From the NCBI GenBank assembly GCA_905182885.1, contig CAJJCW010000001.1:155282-219281 (forward strand): DNA of 64,000 nt. Reading direction: 5' to 3'. Below the pieces are notes generated by a model. It saw only the letters and a program-made list of their open reading frames with translations. It did not search any database and was not told where the DNA came from. The position numbers and the translations under genes are program-made. This stretch comes from SAR86 cluster bacterium SAR86B. GTDB taxonomy: Bacteria > Pseudomonadota > Gammaproteobacteria > Magnimaribacterales > D2472. Shown here piece after piece: positions 52,456 to 64,000 of the stretch. Position 1 is the first letter of the stretch. Every line of letters begins with the position of its first letter.

Positions 52456-55400
52456 TTATTCCTCGTTTTCTTGAAGACCTTCCCTTAGCGCTGCTTCTAT
52501 ATCGTCAGCAGATAAGGTTGTTTCATCAATATCGTTTTGTTTTTTATTCTTCAATTTGTCATGGAAAGCCATTCCTGTTCCAGCAGGTATTAGTCTTCCA
52601 ACAACAACATTTTCTTTAAGGCCTCTAAGATGATCCTTCTTACCAGTAACCGCAGCTTCAGTTAAAACTCTAGTTGTTTCTTGGAATGATGCAGCAGATA
52701 TAAATGAATCTGTTGATAGAGAAGCTTTGGTAATACCAAGCAATACTCTTTCAAACTCAGCAGGAGTTTTTCCAGATTTCTCAACTTTTGCATTTTCTTC
52801 TTTAAGCTCGGCATAACTAACTACATCTCCTTGGATAAACTTAGTATCACATCCGTCTATGATTAAAGCTTTTCTTAGCATCTGTCTTAGTATTGTTTCA
52901 ATATGCTTATCGTTGATTGATACACCTTGCAGTCTATAAACATCTTGTATTTCGTTAACAATGAAGTTTGTAAGAGCAGGAATCCCTTTCAATCTTAAAA
53001 TATCATGAGGGCTATAAGGGCCATCAGAAATAATATCTCCTTTAGAAATTCTTTCCCCTTCAAAAACAGACAATGTTCTGTGTTTTGGAATTAACATTTC
53101 AGTATTTTGAGTTTTCTTAGTAGATCCCTCTGGAGTAATAACAAGTCTAATCTTACCTTTAGTTTCTTTTCCGAAAGAAATAATACCCGTTTCTTCTGAT
53201 AGAACAGATGCATCTTTTGGTTTTCTAGCTTCAAATAAGTCAGCAACTCTAGGCAATCCACCAGTAATATCTTTAGTTTTTGATGCAACTAAAGGCATTC
53301 TAGCGATAACTTCACCGGCTGTTAGCTTTTGACCGTCTCTTAAATTAACTAGTCCGCCTGCTGGTAATGGATATTCTGCAGGGACTTTAAAGTCGCCTAT
53401 TATTACCGGCTTACCTTTGGAATCAACAATCTGAACCTTAGGTGATAATTCTCTTCCTGCAGTTGGTCTTTCTGATACGTCTATGATTTCAATACTTGAG
53501 AGTCCTGTCAGTTCATCCATTTGCTCTCTAACTGTTATCCCGTCTTCAATATCGACGAATTTAATTTTTCCAGATGCTTCGGCAATAATTGGACGTGTGT
53601 AAGGGTCCCATGAGGCAACTTTAGTACCAATCTTGAGATCAGCATTATTTTTAACTTCTAAAGTAGCTCCATAAGGAACTTTATATTGCTCAGTTATTTT
53701 ACCGTTGGGTTCTGTAATTGTTGCCATACCATTTCTTGAAACAACAACCTCAAGTTTGTCTTTGTTAGTAACTGTTTTCATCTCATCAGAAAACGTAACA
53801 ACACCTAGGTTTTTATTGAAAATAGCATTATCTTCAGAGGTACTTGATGCAGCTCCTCCGATATGGAAGGTACGCATAGTTAGCTGTGTTCCAGGCTCAC
53901 CAATTGATTGAGCGGCCACAACACCTACAGCCTCACCTCTATGAACTAAATGACCTCTAGCTAAGTCTCTTCCATAACATGATGAACAGACTCCAATAGA
54001 AGCCTCACATGTCATAGGAGATCTAACTTTTAAAGTAGATAAATTTAATGAATCAATGCTATCAACAGCATCTTCATCAAGCATAGTGTCTTTAGCAAAT
54101 AACTCTTTGCCATCTGCATCAAATATAGGCTCTGCAATAACTCTACCTAAGATTCTATCCGTGAGTGCTTGAATAATCTCTCCACCATCAATAATAGAAG
54201 TAACAGTAATTGATTCAGATGTTCCGCAATCTGCTATGTTAATAACAGAATCCATTGAAACATCGCATAATCTTCTTGTTAAATAACCTGAGTTAGCTGT
54301 TTTAAGAGCTGTATCTGCAAGACCTTTTCTGGCTCCATGGGTTGATATAAAGTACTGAAGAACTGATAAACCTTCTCTAAAGTTAGCTGTAATAGGTGTT
54401 TCTATAATAGATCCATCTGGCTTAGACATAAGTCCTCTCATTCCTGAAAGCTGTCTAATCTGTGCAGGAGAACCCCTCGCACCTGAATCTGCATATATAT
54501 ATACTGAGTTAAATGATGATTGCTCTACTTTTTCTCCATCAGGAGTAGTAGCTGTTTCAATACTAATTTTTTCCATCATAGCTTTGGCTACTTGTTCATT
54601 AGCTCTAGACCAGATATCAATAACTTTATTATATCTCTCTCCTCTAGTTACTAGGCCTGAATCAAATTGCTTCTCAATAGCTTTAACTTCTTTTTCAGAT
54701 GTTTCAATAATTTTTGATTTTTCATCTGGGATAACAAAGTCATTAACACCAATTGACGAACCTGATCTTGTTGAAAAATCAAAACCTAAATACATAAGTT
54801 GATCAGCAAAAATAACAGTCTTTTTGAGACCGCCTTTTCTATAAGAAATATCTACTAATTTTGATATTAACTTCTTATTTAGAACTTTGTTTATATTTTC
54901 AAAACCAACTTCTACAGGAGTAATTCTCCAAATTAGAACTCTTCCAACAGTGGATTCTTGTATAGATGTTTCACCATCTACATCTGTAATTCTTACTTTA
55001 ACTGGAGAATGAACATTTAATGTCTCAGTTCCAAATGCTCTTAAGACCTCATCAGGATCACTGAAAACTCTTCCGCCGCCAGTAGCACTAGCATTATCAC
55101 GAGTCATGTAATAAAGACCCAGAACAATATCTTGAGTTGGACTAATTACAGGAGACCCATCAGCTGGTGATAGTATGTTATTTGTAGACATCATTAGAGC
55201 TCTTGCTTCAAGCTGAGCTTCTAATGTTAAAGGTACGTGGACAGCCATTTGGTCGCCATCGAAATCAGCATTGAATGCAACACAAACCAAAGGATGCAAC
55301 TGAATAGCTTTTCCTTCTATAAGTTTTGGTTCAAACGCTTGCAAGCCCAATCTATGCAATGTAGGAGCCCTGTTAAGCATGACCGGATGCTCTCTAATGA

Positions 55401-56637
55401 CATCTTCAAGAACTTCCCATACTTCAGGAGTCTCCCTTTCTACTAGCTTCTTAGCAGCTTTAATAGTAGTGGCCAACTCTCTTTCTTCTAATTTTCCATA
55501 TACAAAAGGTTTAAATAGCTCGAGTGCCATTTTCTTAGGTAATCCACACTGATGCAGTCTAAGTGTAGGACCTGAAACGATTACAGATCTTCCTGAATAA
55601 TCAACTCTTTTACCTAAAAGGTTTTGTCTAAATCTTCCGCCTTTACCTTTAATCATATCAGCAAGAGACTTTAGTGGTCTTTTGTTTGTACCAGTGATAA
55701 CTCTTCCTCTTCTTCCATTATCAAGAAGGGCATCCACTGATTCTTGAAGCATTCTTTTTTCATTTCTTACAATGATTTCAGGTGCGCTTAATTCAAGAAG
55801 TCTTTTTAATCTGTTATTTCTATTAATAACTCTTCTATATAAATCATTTAGATCTGAAGTTGCAAACCTTCCTCCTTCAAGAGGCACTAGAGGCCTTAAG
55901 TCTGGCGGTAGAACAGGTAGTACGTTCATAACCATCCACTCAGGTCTATTTCCAGATTCATTAAAAGCTTCTAAAAGTTTTAGTCTTTTAGACAGTTTCT
56001 TTAATTTTGTTTCTGAATTAGTTTGAGGAATTTCTTCTCTTATAATTCTAATTTCATCATTTATATCCAGTTCTTCAAGTAGCACTTGAACAGACTCTGC
56101 TCCCATTCCAGCTGAGAATTCATCACCAAATTCTTCATACTTTTCAACCCATTCTTCTTCTGTCAGGATTTGGCCTTTCTCTAGTTCAGTAAGACCAGGA
56201 TCAGTAACTATATAACTTTCAAAATATAGAACTCTTTCTATCTCTCTTAAGGTTGTATTTAATAATAGTCCGATTCTAGATGGAAGGGACTTAAGAAACC
56301 AAATATGAGCAACAGGAGCTGCTAAATCGATATGACCCATTCTTTCTCTTCTAACCTTTGCAAGAGTAACTTCTACTCCACATTTCTCACAAACGACTCC
56401 TCTATGCTTCATACGCTTGTACTTACCACAAATACATTCGTAATCCTTAATAGGTCCAAATATTTTTGAGCAAAACAAACCATCTCTTTCAGGTTTAAAA
56501 GTTCTGTAGTTTATAGTTTCAGGTTTTTTAACCTCGCCAAATGACCAAGATTTAATTACTTGAGGAGAAGCTAGCCCTGCAGAAATGGTAGTGAAATCAT
56601 CCTGCCCTTGTTTTAATGAATTTAATAAGTCTCTCAA
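52456..56637 (-). CDS. rpoC: RNA polymerase beta' subunit
   Basis: NADFDGDQM catalytic motif, N-terminal zinc finger, [13 protein letters not shown]. Confidence 0.99.
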   Translation of the reverse strand: MRDLLNSLKQGQDDFTTISAGLASPQVIKSWSFGEVKKPETINYRTFKPERDGLFCSKIFGPIKDYECICGKYKRMKHRGVVCEKCGVEVTLAKVRRERMGHIDLAAPVAHIWFLKSLPSRIGLLLNTTLREIERVLYFESYIVTDPGLTELEKGQILTEEEWVEKYEEFGDEFSAGMGAESVQVLLEELDINDEIRIIREEIPQTNSETKLKKLSKRLKLLEAFNESGNRPEWMVMNVLPVLPPDLRPLVPLEGGRFATSDLNDLYRRVINRNNRLKRLLELSAPEIIVRNEKRMLQESVDALLDNGRRGRVITGTNKRPLKSLADMIKGKGGRFRQNLLGKRVDYSGRSVIVSGPTLRLHQCGLPKKMALELFKPFVYGKLEERELATTIKAAKKLVERETPEVWEVLEDVIREHPVMLNRAPTLHRLGLQAFEPKLIEGKAIQLHPLVCVAFNADFDGDQMAVHVPLTLEAQLEARALMMSTNNILSPADGSPVISPTQDIVLGLYYMTRDNASATGGGRVFSDPDEVLRAFGTETLNVHSPVKVRITDVDGETSIQESTVGRVLIWRITPVEVGFENINKVLNKKLISKLVDISYRKGGLKKTVIFADQLMYLGFDFSTRSGSSIGVNDFVIPDEKSKIIETSEKEVKAIEKQFDSGLVTRGERYNKVIDIWSRANEQVAKAMMEKISIETATTPDGEKVEQSSFNSVYIYADSGARGSPAQIRQLSGMRGLMSKPDGSIIETPITANFREGLSVLQYFISTHGARKGLADTALKTANSGYLTRRLCDVSMDSVINIADCGTSESITVTSIIDGGEIIQALTDRILGRVIAEPIFDADGKELFAKDTMLDEDAVDSIDSLNLSTLKVRSPMTCEASIGVCSSCYGRDLARGHLVHRGEAVGVVAAQSIGEPGTQLTMRTFHIGGAASSTSEDNAIFNKNLGVVTFSDEMKTVTNKDKLEVVVSRNGMATITEPNGKITEQYKVPYGATLEVKNNADLKIGTKVASWDPYTRPIIAEASGKIKFVDIEDGITVREQMDELTGLSSIEIIDVSERPTAGRELSPKVQIVDSKGKPVIIGDFKVPAEYPLPAGGLVNLRDGQKLTAGEVIARMPLVASKTKDITGGLPRVADLFEARKPKDASVLSEETGIISFGKETKGKIRLVITPEGSTKKTQNTEMLIPKHRTLSVFEGERISKGDIISDGPYSPHDILRLKGIPALTNFIVNEIQDVYRLQGVSINDKHIETILRQMLRKALIIDGCDTKFIQGDVVSYAELKEENAKVEKSGKTPAEFERVLLGITKASLSTDSFISAASFQETTRVLTEAAVTGKKDHLRGLKENVVVGRLIPAGTGMAFHDKLKNKKQNDIDETTLSADDIEAALREGLQENEE

Positions 56638-56646
56638 TTTTATCTC

Positions 56647-59600
56647 CTAGTTTTCTGAATCTAATTCGAGGTTAATTCCCAATGATTTAATTTCTTTGCT
56701 AAGAACATTAAATGATTCGGGTATAGCAGCATCCATTTCATATTTTCCGGCAACAATGTTTTTATACATCTTCGTTCTTCCGGCCACATCATCAGATTTA
56801 ACTGTTAACATTTCTTGAAGAGTGTATGAAGCACCATAGGCTTCTAGAGCCCAAACTTCCATTTCACCAAATCTCTGACCACCAAATTGCGCTTTACCAC
56901 CCAATGGCTGCTGAGTAACTAAACTGTAAGAACCTGTAGATCTCGCATGCATTTTGTCATCAACCAAATGGTTTAGCTTGATGATATACATGTAACCTAC
57001 GGTTACAGGTCTATCAAACTTAGTTCCTGTCCTGCCGTCGTATAAAGTAAATTGACCAGACTCTGGTAAATCTGCTAATTTTAATAGATCTTTAACTTCG
57101 CTTTCTTTTGCTCCATCAAACACTGGTGTAGCAATTGGAAGGCCATCTCTAAGATTATTAGCAAGTTCAAGTATCTCAGTATTATTAAATGAGTTTATGT
57201 CCTCTTTATTAGCGGCATTAGTGTTGTATAACTTATCTAGATACTCTTTAAGCTCAGCTGGTTTTGCGTTGGCTTTCAACATATTGTCAATCTTTTTACC
57301 AATACCTTTAGCAGCACAACCCATATGAGTTTCTAATATCTGTCCAACATTCATCCTTGAAGGAACACCAAGAGGGTTTAGCACCACATCAACTGGATCT
57401 CCATTTTCATCATAAGGCATATCTTCAACAGGCATAATTTCTGAAATAACACCTTTATTACCATGACGACCAGCCATCTTATCACCCGGCTGAATTCTTC
57501 TCTTGATAGCTAAATAAACTTTAACAATCTTAATAACTCCTGGAGCAAGGTCGTGACCTCGGATAATTTTAGCTCTTTTAGCCTCGTATCTAGCTTGAAT
57601 ATCTTTGACATAAGCATTGTAGCTTTTTTCTGTATCTTCAATTACATCATTAGTACTATCTTCAGCAGTCCTGATTGAGAATACGTCATTAAGGATAAGG
57701 GAACCTAGTAGTTCGCTTGTTAGAACATCGCCTTTTTTCAGTCCATTTCCTTTAAGTGCTTTCTTATCTTTAAGAAGTTCACATAATCTTGTCTTAGTAG
57801 CTTGCTCAACAACAGAAGCTTCATCATCTGAATTTTTCTTTGTTTCATCTAAATGATCTTGTTCGATAGCTTGTGTTCTTTCATCTTTCTCGACGCCATC
57901 TCTAGTAAATACCTCAACACCAATTACAGTTCCTTTAGAACTAGCTCTTTGGGATGTATCTTTTACATCAGATGCTTTTTCACCAAAAATAGCTCGTAAT
58001 AGTTTCTCTTCTGGTGATAATTGAGTTTCTCCTTTAGGAGTAATTTTACCAACCAAGATATCTCCTGGATCTACTTCTGCTCCAACATAAACCATTCCAC
58101 ACTCATCTAGTTTATTCAGAGATCCCTCTCCAACATTTGGAATATCAGCTGTAATTTCTTCTGATCCCAGTTTGGTATCACGTGCTACACAGACAATTTC
58201 TTGAATATGTATAGATGTAAATCTATCTTCTCTCGCAACTTTTTCAGATATTAATATTGAATCTTCAAAGTTATACCCATTCCAAGGCATGAATGCGATT
58301 CTAATATTTTGACCTAAAGCAAGCTCTCCATTATCTATGGAAGGACCATCTGCAAGTACATCTCCAGCTTTAACAATATCACCAACTCTAACGATTGGTT
58401 TTTGATTAATACATGTATTTTGGTTTGATCTAGTGTACTTAATAAGATTGTATACATCAGCAGCTGATTTGGCTTTTTTGTCTGTAACTCTTACAACGAT
58501 TCTCGCTGCATCAACATTCTCTACAACACCAGAATGTTTAGCTACGATACAAACACCCGAGTCTCTTGCTACAACAGATTCAAGACCAGTACCAACTAAT
58601 GGCTTTTCAGCTCTTAAAACTGGAACTGCTTGACGCTGCATATTTGATCCCATTAAAGCCCTATTAGCATCATCATGCTCTAAGAAAGGGATTAATGAAG
58701 CAGCAATAGATACTACCTGTTGAGGTGATACATCCATTAGATCAACTCTTTCTGGAGACATTAACTCAAATTCACTTGCATGCCTTACAGCTACAAGATC
58801 ATCAACAAACTTATTATCTTTATCTAAAGTAACACTGGCCTGAGCAATAACATACTCTGACTCGTCAATTGCAGATAAGTAGATAATCTCATCAGTTACT
58901 TTTCCATTTACAACTTTTCTATATGGGGTTTCAATGAAACCATACTGATTAGTTCTTGAATATGATGCAAAAGAGTTAATAAGACCAATGTTTGGTCCTT
59001 CTGGTGTTTCAATTGGGCAAACTCTTCCGTAATGAGTTGGATGAACATCCCTGACCTCAAAACCAGCTCTCTCTCTTGTTAATCCACCGGGTCCTAGTGC
59101 AGAAACTCTTCTTTTATGAGTAATTTCAGATAGTGGATTATTTTGATCCATGAACTGAGATAACTGACTTGAACCAAAGAATTCTTTGATTGCTGCAGTT
59201 ACTGGTTTAGCATTGATTAGATCTTGCGGACCTAATTCATCTGCTTCAGCCATACTTAATCTTTCTCTAACCGCTCTTTCAACCCTTATTAGGCCTACTC
59301 TAAATTGATTAGCAGTCATTTCTCCAACAGATCTCACCCTTCTGTTTCCAAGGTGATCAATATCATCAACGATATCATGACCATCTCTAATATTTACTAT
59401 TCCCTTCATTACTTCAATAATGTCTTCTTTATCAAGTGTATGTGGGCTTTCTTTCTCACCGTCTAGTTTTAAACGTCTGTTAAATTTCATTCTTCCAACT
59501 TCAGAAAGATCATATCTCTCTTCATTAAAGAACAAGTTATTAAATAATGTTTCGGCAGAATCTTTGGTTGGCGGCTCACCAGGTCTCATCATTCTGTATA

Positions 59601-60708
59601 TCTCTACAAGAGCTTCAAGTCTATTTGAGGTAGGATCTGATCTAAGTGTGTTTGAAATATAAGGTCCTTTATCTAATTCATTGATAAAAAGACATTTAAT
59701 TTCAACAACATTATTTTCCTTAAGCGATTCTAGGACAGTCATATCTATTTCTGTATTAGCAGAAAACAATACTTCCCCAGTTTCTTTGTTGAAAATATCT
59801 TTAGATAAAACCTTTCCAATTAAGTATTCTTCAGAAAGAGTTATCTCATTAACTTTTGAGCTAGATAATTCTTTGATATGTCTAGCTGTAATTCTTTTTC
59901 CAGCCTCTACATAAACTTTACTTTTAACTTTAATATCAACTGATAAAGTTTCACCTCTTAATCTCTCTGGGATTAGAGCAAGCTTTACAGTTTGTTTATC
60001 AAGAGTGAAGAGATCTTCTTCATAGAACTCTGATAAAATTTCTTCCGTACCCATATCCAACGCTCTTAGCATTATGGTTGCAGGTATCTTTCTTCTTCTG
60101 TCTATTCTACTGAATAAGATATCTTTAGGATCAAATTCAAAATCAAGCCATGAGCCTCTGTAAGGAATTACCCTTGCAGAATATAAAACCTTTCCAGACG
60201 AATGAGTTTTTCCTTTGTCATGATCATAAAAAACACCAGGTGATCTATGAAGCTGAGCAACGACGACTCTTTCAGTTCCGTTAACAACAAAAGAGGCATC
60301 ATCAGTCATTAATGGAACTTCGCCCATAAATACTTCGCCTTCTTTTATATCCTTAACTTCTTTAAAGTTTGACTCTCTATCATAAAGAACTAATTTAACT
60401 TTAATTCTTAAAGGAGCTGAGTAAGATAAACCTTGTACAAGACATTCTTGCACGTCATAGGTATTCTTACCGAGCTCATAAGAAACATATTCAAGAGCAG
60501 CATTCCCTGAAACACTTTTAATAGGAAATAAAGATTTAAAAACCTCTTCAAGTCCTTGTTTTTTTCTTGCTTCAGGTGCCGTATCAGCCTGCAAAAATTC
60601 AGAATAAGATTTAGTTTGAGTTTCAACAAGGTTTGGAAGATCCATTACCTTTTTGAAAGTACCAAAGTTTTTTCTTATTCTTTTCTTTTCTGTATAACTG
60701 TATGACAT
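56647..60708 (-). CDS. rpoB: RNA polymerase beta subunit
   Basis: [34 protein letters not shown]. Confidence 0.99.
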   Translation of the reverse strand: MSYSYTEKKRIRKNFGTFKKVMDLPNLVETQTKSYSEFLQADTAPEARKKQGLEEVFKSLFPIKSVSGNAALEYVSYELGKNTYDVQECLVQGLSYSAPLRIKVKLVLYDRESNFKEVKDIKEGEVFMGEVPLMTDDASFVVNGTERVVVAQLHRSPGVFYDHDKGKTHSSGKVLYSARVIPYRGSWLDFEFDPKDILFSRIDRRRKIPATIMLRALDMGTEEILSEFYEEDLFTLDKQTVKLALIPERLRGETLSVDIKVKSKVYVEAGKRITARHIKELSSSKVNEITLSEEYLIGKVLSKDIFNKETGEVLFSANTEIDMTVLESLKENNVVEIKCLFINELDKGPYISNTLRSDPTSNRLEALVEIYRMMRPGEPPTKDSAETLFNNLFFNEERYDLSEVGRMKFNRRLKLDGEKESPHTLDKEDIIEVMKGIVNIRDGHDIVDDIDHLGNRRVRSVGEMTANQFRVGLIRVERAVRERLSMAEADELGPQDLINAKPVTAAIKEFFGSSQLSQFMDQNNPLSEITHKRRVSALGPGGLTRERAGFEVRDVHPTHYGRVCPIETPEGPNIGLINSFASYSRTNQYGFIETPYRKVVNGKVTDEIIYLSAIDESEYVIAQASVTLDKDNKFVDDLVAVRHASEFELMSPERVDLMDVSPQQVVSIAASLIPFLEHDDANRALMGSNMQRQAVPVLRAEKPLVGTGLESVVARDSGVCIVAKHSGVVENVDAARIVVRVTDKKAKSAADVYNLIKYTRSNQNTCINQKPIVRVGDIVKAGDVLADGPSIDNGELALGQNIRIAFMPWNGYNFEDSILISEKVAREDRFTSIHIQEIVCVARDTKLGSEEITADIPNVGEGSLNKLDECGMVYVGAEVDPGDILVGKITPKGETQLSPEEKLLRAIFGEKASDVKDTSQRASSKGTVIGVEVFTRDGVEKDERTQAIEQDHLDETKKNSDDEASVVEQATKTRLCELLKDKKALKGNGLKKGDVLTSELLGSLILNDVFSIRTAEDSTNDVIEDTEKSYNAYVKDIQARYEAKRAKIIRGHDLAPGVIKIVKVYLAIKRRIQPGDKMAGRHGNKGVISEIMPVEDMPYDENGDPVDVVLNPLGVPSRMNVGQILETHMGCAAKGIGKKIDNMLKANAKPAELKEYLDKLYNTNAANKEDINSFNNTEILELANNLRDGLPIATPVFDGAKESEVKDLLKLADLPESGQFTLYDGRTGTKFDRPVTVGYMYIIKLNHLVDDKMHARSTGSYSLVTQQPLGGKAQFGGQRFGEMEVWALEAYGASYTLQEMLTVKSDDVAGRTKMYKNIVAGKYEMDAAIPESFNVLSKEIKSLGINLELDSEN

Positions 60709-60746
60709 AAATGCGACCTTTTTTTAATATTTATATGTTATTAGTT

Positions 60747-61124
60747 CTATTTAGCTTCAGCTGTTGCGCCTGCTTCGATTAACTGAGTAACCATTGCATC
60801 TGCATCATCCTTGCTTGCACCTTCTTTTACAGTAGTTGGAGCACCATCTACCATATCTTTAGCTTCTTTTAATCCAAGACCAGTTATAGCCCTTACAGCT
60901 TTAATTACTTGAACTTTCTGAGCTCCGGCTGCTGTTAATACAACATCAAAAGCACTCTGCTCTTCAGCTGCTGGTGCATCTGCTCCACCTGCTGCAGGTG
61001 CTGCTGCAACTGCTGCTGCCGCTGTAACACCAAACTTTTCTTCAATAGCAGAAATAAGATCTACAAGATCCATTACTGACATTTCTTCTATAGTTTTTAA
61101 AATATCTTCTTTACTAGTTGCCAT
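60747..61124 (-). CDS. rplL: 50S ribosomal protein L7/L12
   Basis: EEKFGVTA, Ala-rich hinge, GLGLKEAK. Confidence 0.98.
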   Translation of the reverse strand: MATSKEDILKTIEEMSVMDLVDLISAIEEKFGVTAAAAVAAAPAAGGADAPAAEEQSAFDVVLTAAGAQKVQVIKAVRAITGLGLKEAKDMVDGAPTTVKEGASKDDADAMVTQLIEAGATAEAK

Positions 61125-61142
61125 TCTAATTCTCCTTATAAT

Positions 61143-61673
61143 TTAGGCTGATGCCTGTTTTTTGTCTTGAACTGCTGATAAAACTCTAGCCAGTTTAGTT
61201 GGTACTTCATTTAATAAAGTAGCAAACTTACTGATTGGAGCCTGCAACACATTTGCAATAAGGCCATAAGCCTCATCCTTAGATGGAAGACTAGCTAGAA
61301 TATCTATTTGGTCTCCATTAAGTAATTGCCCTTCAACAACTAAAGCCTTGATCTCTAAAGCATCAAAGTTTTTTGCATATGTTTTAAGCAATTTAGCAGC
61401 TGCACCTGGCTCTTCGAAAGAAAAAGCAAATAATGACGGCCCAACAAGGACCTCGTCGGAACAACCAAAGTCAGTACCCTCAAATGCTAATTTAGCAAGA
61501 GAGTTCTTGATTATTTGGATATGTATTCCAGCTTGAGTAGCTTTTGCTCTTACTTCAGATAACTCAGTGACCTTTAGGCCCCTTGCATCTGAAATAACTA
61601 GAGAAGATGCAGTAGATGCAACCTCTTTAACTTCTCCAACTATTCTTTCTTTTTCACTTTTCGATAACGCCAC
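61143..61673 (-). CDS. rplJ: 50S ribosomal protein L10 (GTG start)
   Basis: RGLKV, IKNSLA, LASLPS; position between rplA and rplL. Confidence 0.96.
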   Translation of the reverse strand: MALSKSEKERIVGEVKEVASTASSLVISDARGLKVTELSEVRAKATQAGIHIQIIKNSLAKLAFEGTDFGCSDEVLVGPSLFAFSFEEPGAAAKLLKTYAKNFDALEIKALVVEGQLLNGDQIDILASLPSKDEAYGLIANVLQAPISKFATLLNEVPTKLARVLSAVQDKKQASA

Positions 61674-61679
61674 AGCATT

Positions 61680-61802
61680 TCTCCTGTTTAAGCCTTTCGG
61701 CTATTCGGCGACAAATTGCGAAATTACAATTTGAACACCACCTACGTAGGAAATTAAGTCTTTCGACACCTACGGTCTTTGACGGCTGCGATAAACGCAA
61801 CT
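61680..61802 (-). promoter_or_regulatory. L10 (rplJ) autoregulatory leader RNA
   Basis: Minus strand CCGTCAAAGACCGTAGGTGTCGAAAGACTTAATTTCCTACGTAGGTGGTG matches the AAGAC-YGYAGG...CTTAA...CCTRCGTAG core of L10 leaders; extra hairpin AGCC-GAAA-GGCT before the SD. Confidence 0.88.
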
Positions 61803-61835
61803 ATCTAGCAATATAATTTCTTATAATGCTAAAAC

Positions 61836-62528
61836 TTATACCAGCTCTGATGCGTGTATTTTTATACCAGGGCCCATAGTGCTACTTAGAGCAATACTAC
61901 CAATAAAAATACCCTTAGCAGATGCGGGTTTTAATTTTTTTACTTCATCAATTAAAGCAGTTGCATTAGTCTGAAGTTTAGTAACATCAAATGATACCTT
62001 GCCAATGCTTCCATGAATGATTCCATTTTTATCTGTTCTAAATCTTACTTGTCCTGCTTTAACATTATTAACTGCAGTAGCAACATCGTCAGAAACAGTT
62101 CCTGTTTTAGGATTGGGCATTAGGCCTTTTGGTCCCAATACTTGTCCTAGCTTGCCAACCACTTTCATTGCAGCATTAGTAGAAATAACTACATCAACTG
62201 AAATCTCTTCTTTAGAAAATTTCTCAGCCAAGTCATCCATTCCAACATGTTCTGCACCAGCAGCTTTAGCAGCTTCAGCTTGATCGCCATCAGCAAATAC
62301 AGCAACTGAGACTTGATTACCTAAACTATTTGGTAAGGTTACAGCGCCTCTAACATTTTGATCAGATTTAGTTGGATCTACTCCTAGTCTGATAGCAATA
62401 TCTATAGATTCTTCAAATTTTGGAGATTTAACAGATTGCATAATATCTAATGCTTCCGCTATAGAATAAGTTTGCTCAGGATTAACCTTTTCAAGGATAA
62501 TTTTTTGTTTTTTTGTTACTTTACTCAT
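61836..62528 (-). CDS. rplA: 50S ribosomal protein L1
   Basis: [35 protein letters not shown]. Confidence 0.98.
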   Translation of the reverse strand: MSKVTKKQKIILEKVNPEQTYSIAEALDIMQSVKSPKFEESIDIAIRLGVDPTKSDQNVRGAVTLPNSLGNQVSVAVFADGDQAEAAKAAGAEHVGMDDLAEKFSKEEISVDVVISTNAAMKVVGKLGQVLGPKGLMPNPKTGTVSDDVATAVNNVKAGQVRFRTDKNGIIHGSIGKVSFDVTKLQTNATALIDEVKKLKPASAKGIFIGSIALSSTMGPGIKIHASELV

Positions 62529-62953
62529 AGATCTACCTCTACTCCCATGCTTCTAGCTGTTCCAGCTATAATTTTAACTGCTGCATCTATATCGTTTGAA
62601 TTAAGATCAGGTTCTTTTACTTTTGCAATATCTTCTAATTGCGCTCTAGTTAGTTTTCCAACTTTTTCCTTATTTGGCTCTCCGCTTCCTTTGGTAATGC
62701 CTAAAGCTTTCTTAATTAATGCCGCTGCAGGAGGTGTTTTAACTACAAAGGTAAAGGACTTATCTTCGAATACAGATATAACAACTGGCAAAGGCATTCC
62801 TTTTTCAGCATTTTGTGTTTCAGCATTAAATGCATTACAAAAATCCATTATGTTGACACCAGCTTGACCTAGCGCAGGTCCTACAGGAGGACTCGGATTA
62901 GCTCCACCAGCAGGAATTTGTAATTTAAGAACACTTGCTATTTTTTTTGCCAT
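62525..62953 (-). CDS. rplK: 50S ribosomal protein L11
   Basis: [27 protein letters not shown]. Confidence 0.98.
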   Translation of the reverse strand: MAKKIASVLKLQIPAGGANPSPPVGPALGQAGVNIMDFCNAFNAETQNAEKGMPLPVVISVFEDKSFTFVVKTPPAAALIKKALGITKGSGEPNKEKVGKLTRAQLEDIAKVKEPDLNSNDIDAAVKIIAGTARSMGVEVDL

Positions 62954-63480
62954 TATGTTTTCTCTATTTGCATGAACTCTAGATCAACTGCTGTGGATCT
63001 ACCTAAAATCTGTACTGCTACTTTTACTTTATTTCTTTCGTAATCAACACTTTCAACAACACCGTTAAAGTCATTAAATGGGCCATCACAAACTCTTATA
63101 ACTTCACCTGGTTCAAATAAAGTTTTAGGTGCCGGAGCATCTTCGCCAACTTCGATTCTATTCACAATATTATTAACTTCATCTTCAGATATCGGAAGTG
63201 GTCTAACTTTAGTTCCGCCAACAAAACCAGATATTCTTGGCGTTGATTGAACAAGTTGCCAAGAGTCATCCTCTAAATCCATTTGAATTAAAATATATCC
63301 TGGGAAAAATTTTCTTTCAGTTGTTTTCTTTTGACCAGCCTTTAATTCAACCACTGTTTCTGTAGGAATAAGTATTTCACCAAACTTTGCTGAAAGATTG
63401 TTCAGCTCAATTTTTTCTTCTAAAGCAAGTTTAACTTTTTGCTCGTAGCCAGAATAAGCTTGTATTACATACCAATCCAT
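62953..63480 (-). CDS. nusG: Transcription termination/antitermination factor NusG
   Basis: [21 protein letters not shown] motif DGPFNDFNG. Confidence 0.98.
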   Translation of the reverse strand: MDWYVIQAYSGYEQKVKLALEEKIELNNLSAKFGEILIPTETVVELKAGQKKTTERKFFPGYILIQMDLEDDSWQLVQSTPRISGFVGGTKVRPLPISEDEVNNIVNRIEVGEDAPAPKTLFEPGEVIRVCDGPFNDFNGVVESVDYERNKVKVAVQILGRSTAVDLEFMQIEKT

Positions 63481-63484
63481 AATG

Positions 63485-63847
63485 CTATCCCAATACCAAT
63501 TTAGTTAAAAAACTTAAAAGTGATTCTAAAGCCCAAAAAAATAAACACAAAATAACAATTGCACTAAAAACTACTAAAAATGTTTGAGTCGTCTCCATTC
63601 TAGTTGGCCAAACAACTTTTCTTATTTCTTTTCTTGACTCTTTCATAAGTGTCAATGCGTTAGAGCCAAAAGTCGTGACAGATAATATACCTAGTCCAAC
63701 TATAAATAAAAATACAACAGCTAGAACTCTATAAAGAAAAGCAATTTCACTAAAGTAACTATTGCCAATGACAGCTGCACTAAATACCGCAAGCGCAAGA
63801 AGCCACTTGAGGTTATCTATTGATTTTGATGCAGATCCGTTACTCAT
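63485..63847 (-). CDS. secE: Preprotein translocase SecE (3-TM type)
   Basis: EIRKVVWPTRMET motif; upstream of nusG. Confidence 0.96.
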   Translation of the reverse strand: MSNGSASKSIDNLKWLLALAVFSAAVIGNSYFSEIAFLYRVLAVVFLFIVGLGILSVTTFGSNALTLMKESRKEIRKVVWPTRMETTQTFLVVFSAIVILCLFFWALESLLSFLTKLVLG

Positions 63848-63876
63848 AAATTCCCTTTTTCAGTATCAAGTTAAAT

Positions 63877-63952
63877 TGGCAGGCCAGGAGGGGCTCGAAC
63901 CCACAACCCCCGGTTTTGGAGACCGGTACTCTACCAATTGAGCTACTGGCCT
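63877..63952 (-). tRNA. trpT: tRNA-Trp (CCA)
   Basis: Minus strand AGGCCAGTAGCTCAATTGGTAGAGTACCGGTCTCCAAAACCGGGGGTTGTGGGTTCGAGCCCCTCCTGGCCTGCCA: 76 nt, anticodon CCA, encoded CCA end. Confidence 0.98.
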
Positions 63953-64000
63953 AAAACACATTTTCATATTCTTCAGAGACAAGTAAGCCGAGACACAATG

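Noticed and set aside
52029-59180. Possible streptomycin or rifampicin resistance substitutions in rpsL and rpoB
   Set aside because: S12 PKKPNS and RVKDLP and the Rpo[24 protein letters not shown] segment match the usual sensitive-type residues
60960-61030. GCT/GCA-rich low-complexity tract
   Set aside because: Ordinary Ala-rich hinge of L7/L12
36187-62867. Many short antisense or alternate-frame ORFs over ribosomal and rpo genes (for example 43792-44214, 46416-46868, 62472-62867)
   Set aside because: Fully overlap well-supported genes, show no recognisable motifs, and are expected shadows of biased codon usage

Overview
AT-rich, tightly packed core-genome window from a streamlined gammaproteobacterium. 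A SAR86-like marine lineage is my inference from base composition, gene order and minimal spacers; it is not proven. Contents in order: rnhB(partial)-lpxB-lpxA-fabZ-lpxD-skp-bamA-rseP-dxr-cdsA-uppS-frr-pyrH-tsf-rpsB; dapB-dnaJ-dnaK-grpE-fur; bamE; rnfH-ratA-NSS transporter-membrane protein; smpB-tmRNA; a small accessory block (secreted hypothetical with a WDPQGWFW motif plus a TonB-dependent receptor); rpsT, obgE-rpmA-rplU, ispB-fabA-fabB, a flavin reductase/crotonase pair, ssb/uvrA; then the alpha-spc-S10-str-rpoBC-rplKAJL-nusG-secE-tRNA-Trp supercluster, with no tuf after fusA. I found no integrase, transposase, prophage or CRISPR. Main observations: (1) frameshifts in bamA, rseP, dapB, dnaK, uvrA and especially the TonB receptor fall at synonymous codon positions, often with both alleles written in tandem, which suggests a mixed-strain consensus and points to outer-membrane barrels as the variable loci; (2) an uncharacterised secreted protein plus TBDR module sits after tmRNA; (3) several ribosomal-protein autoregulatory spacers are lost while the S2 and L10 leaders are kept, and a GC-rich structured element lies between rpsJ and rplC; (4) rpsB carries a perfect 6x15-bp repeat.
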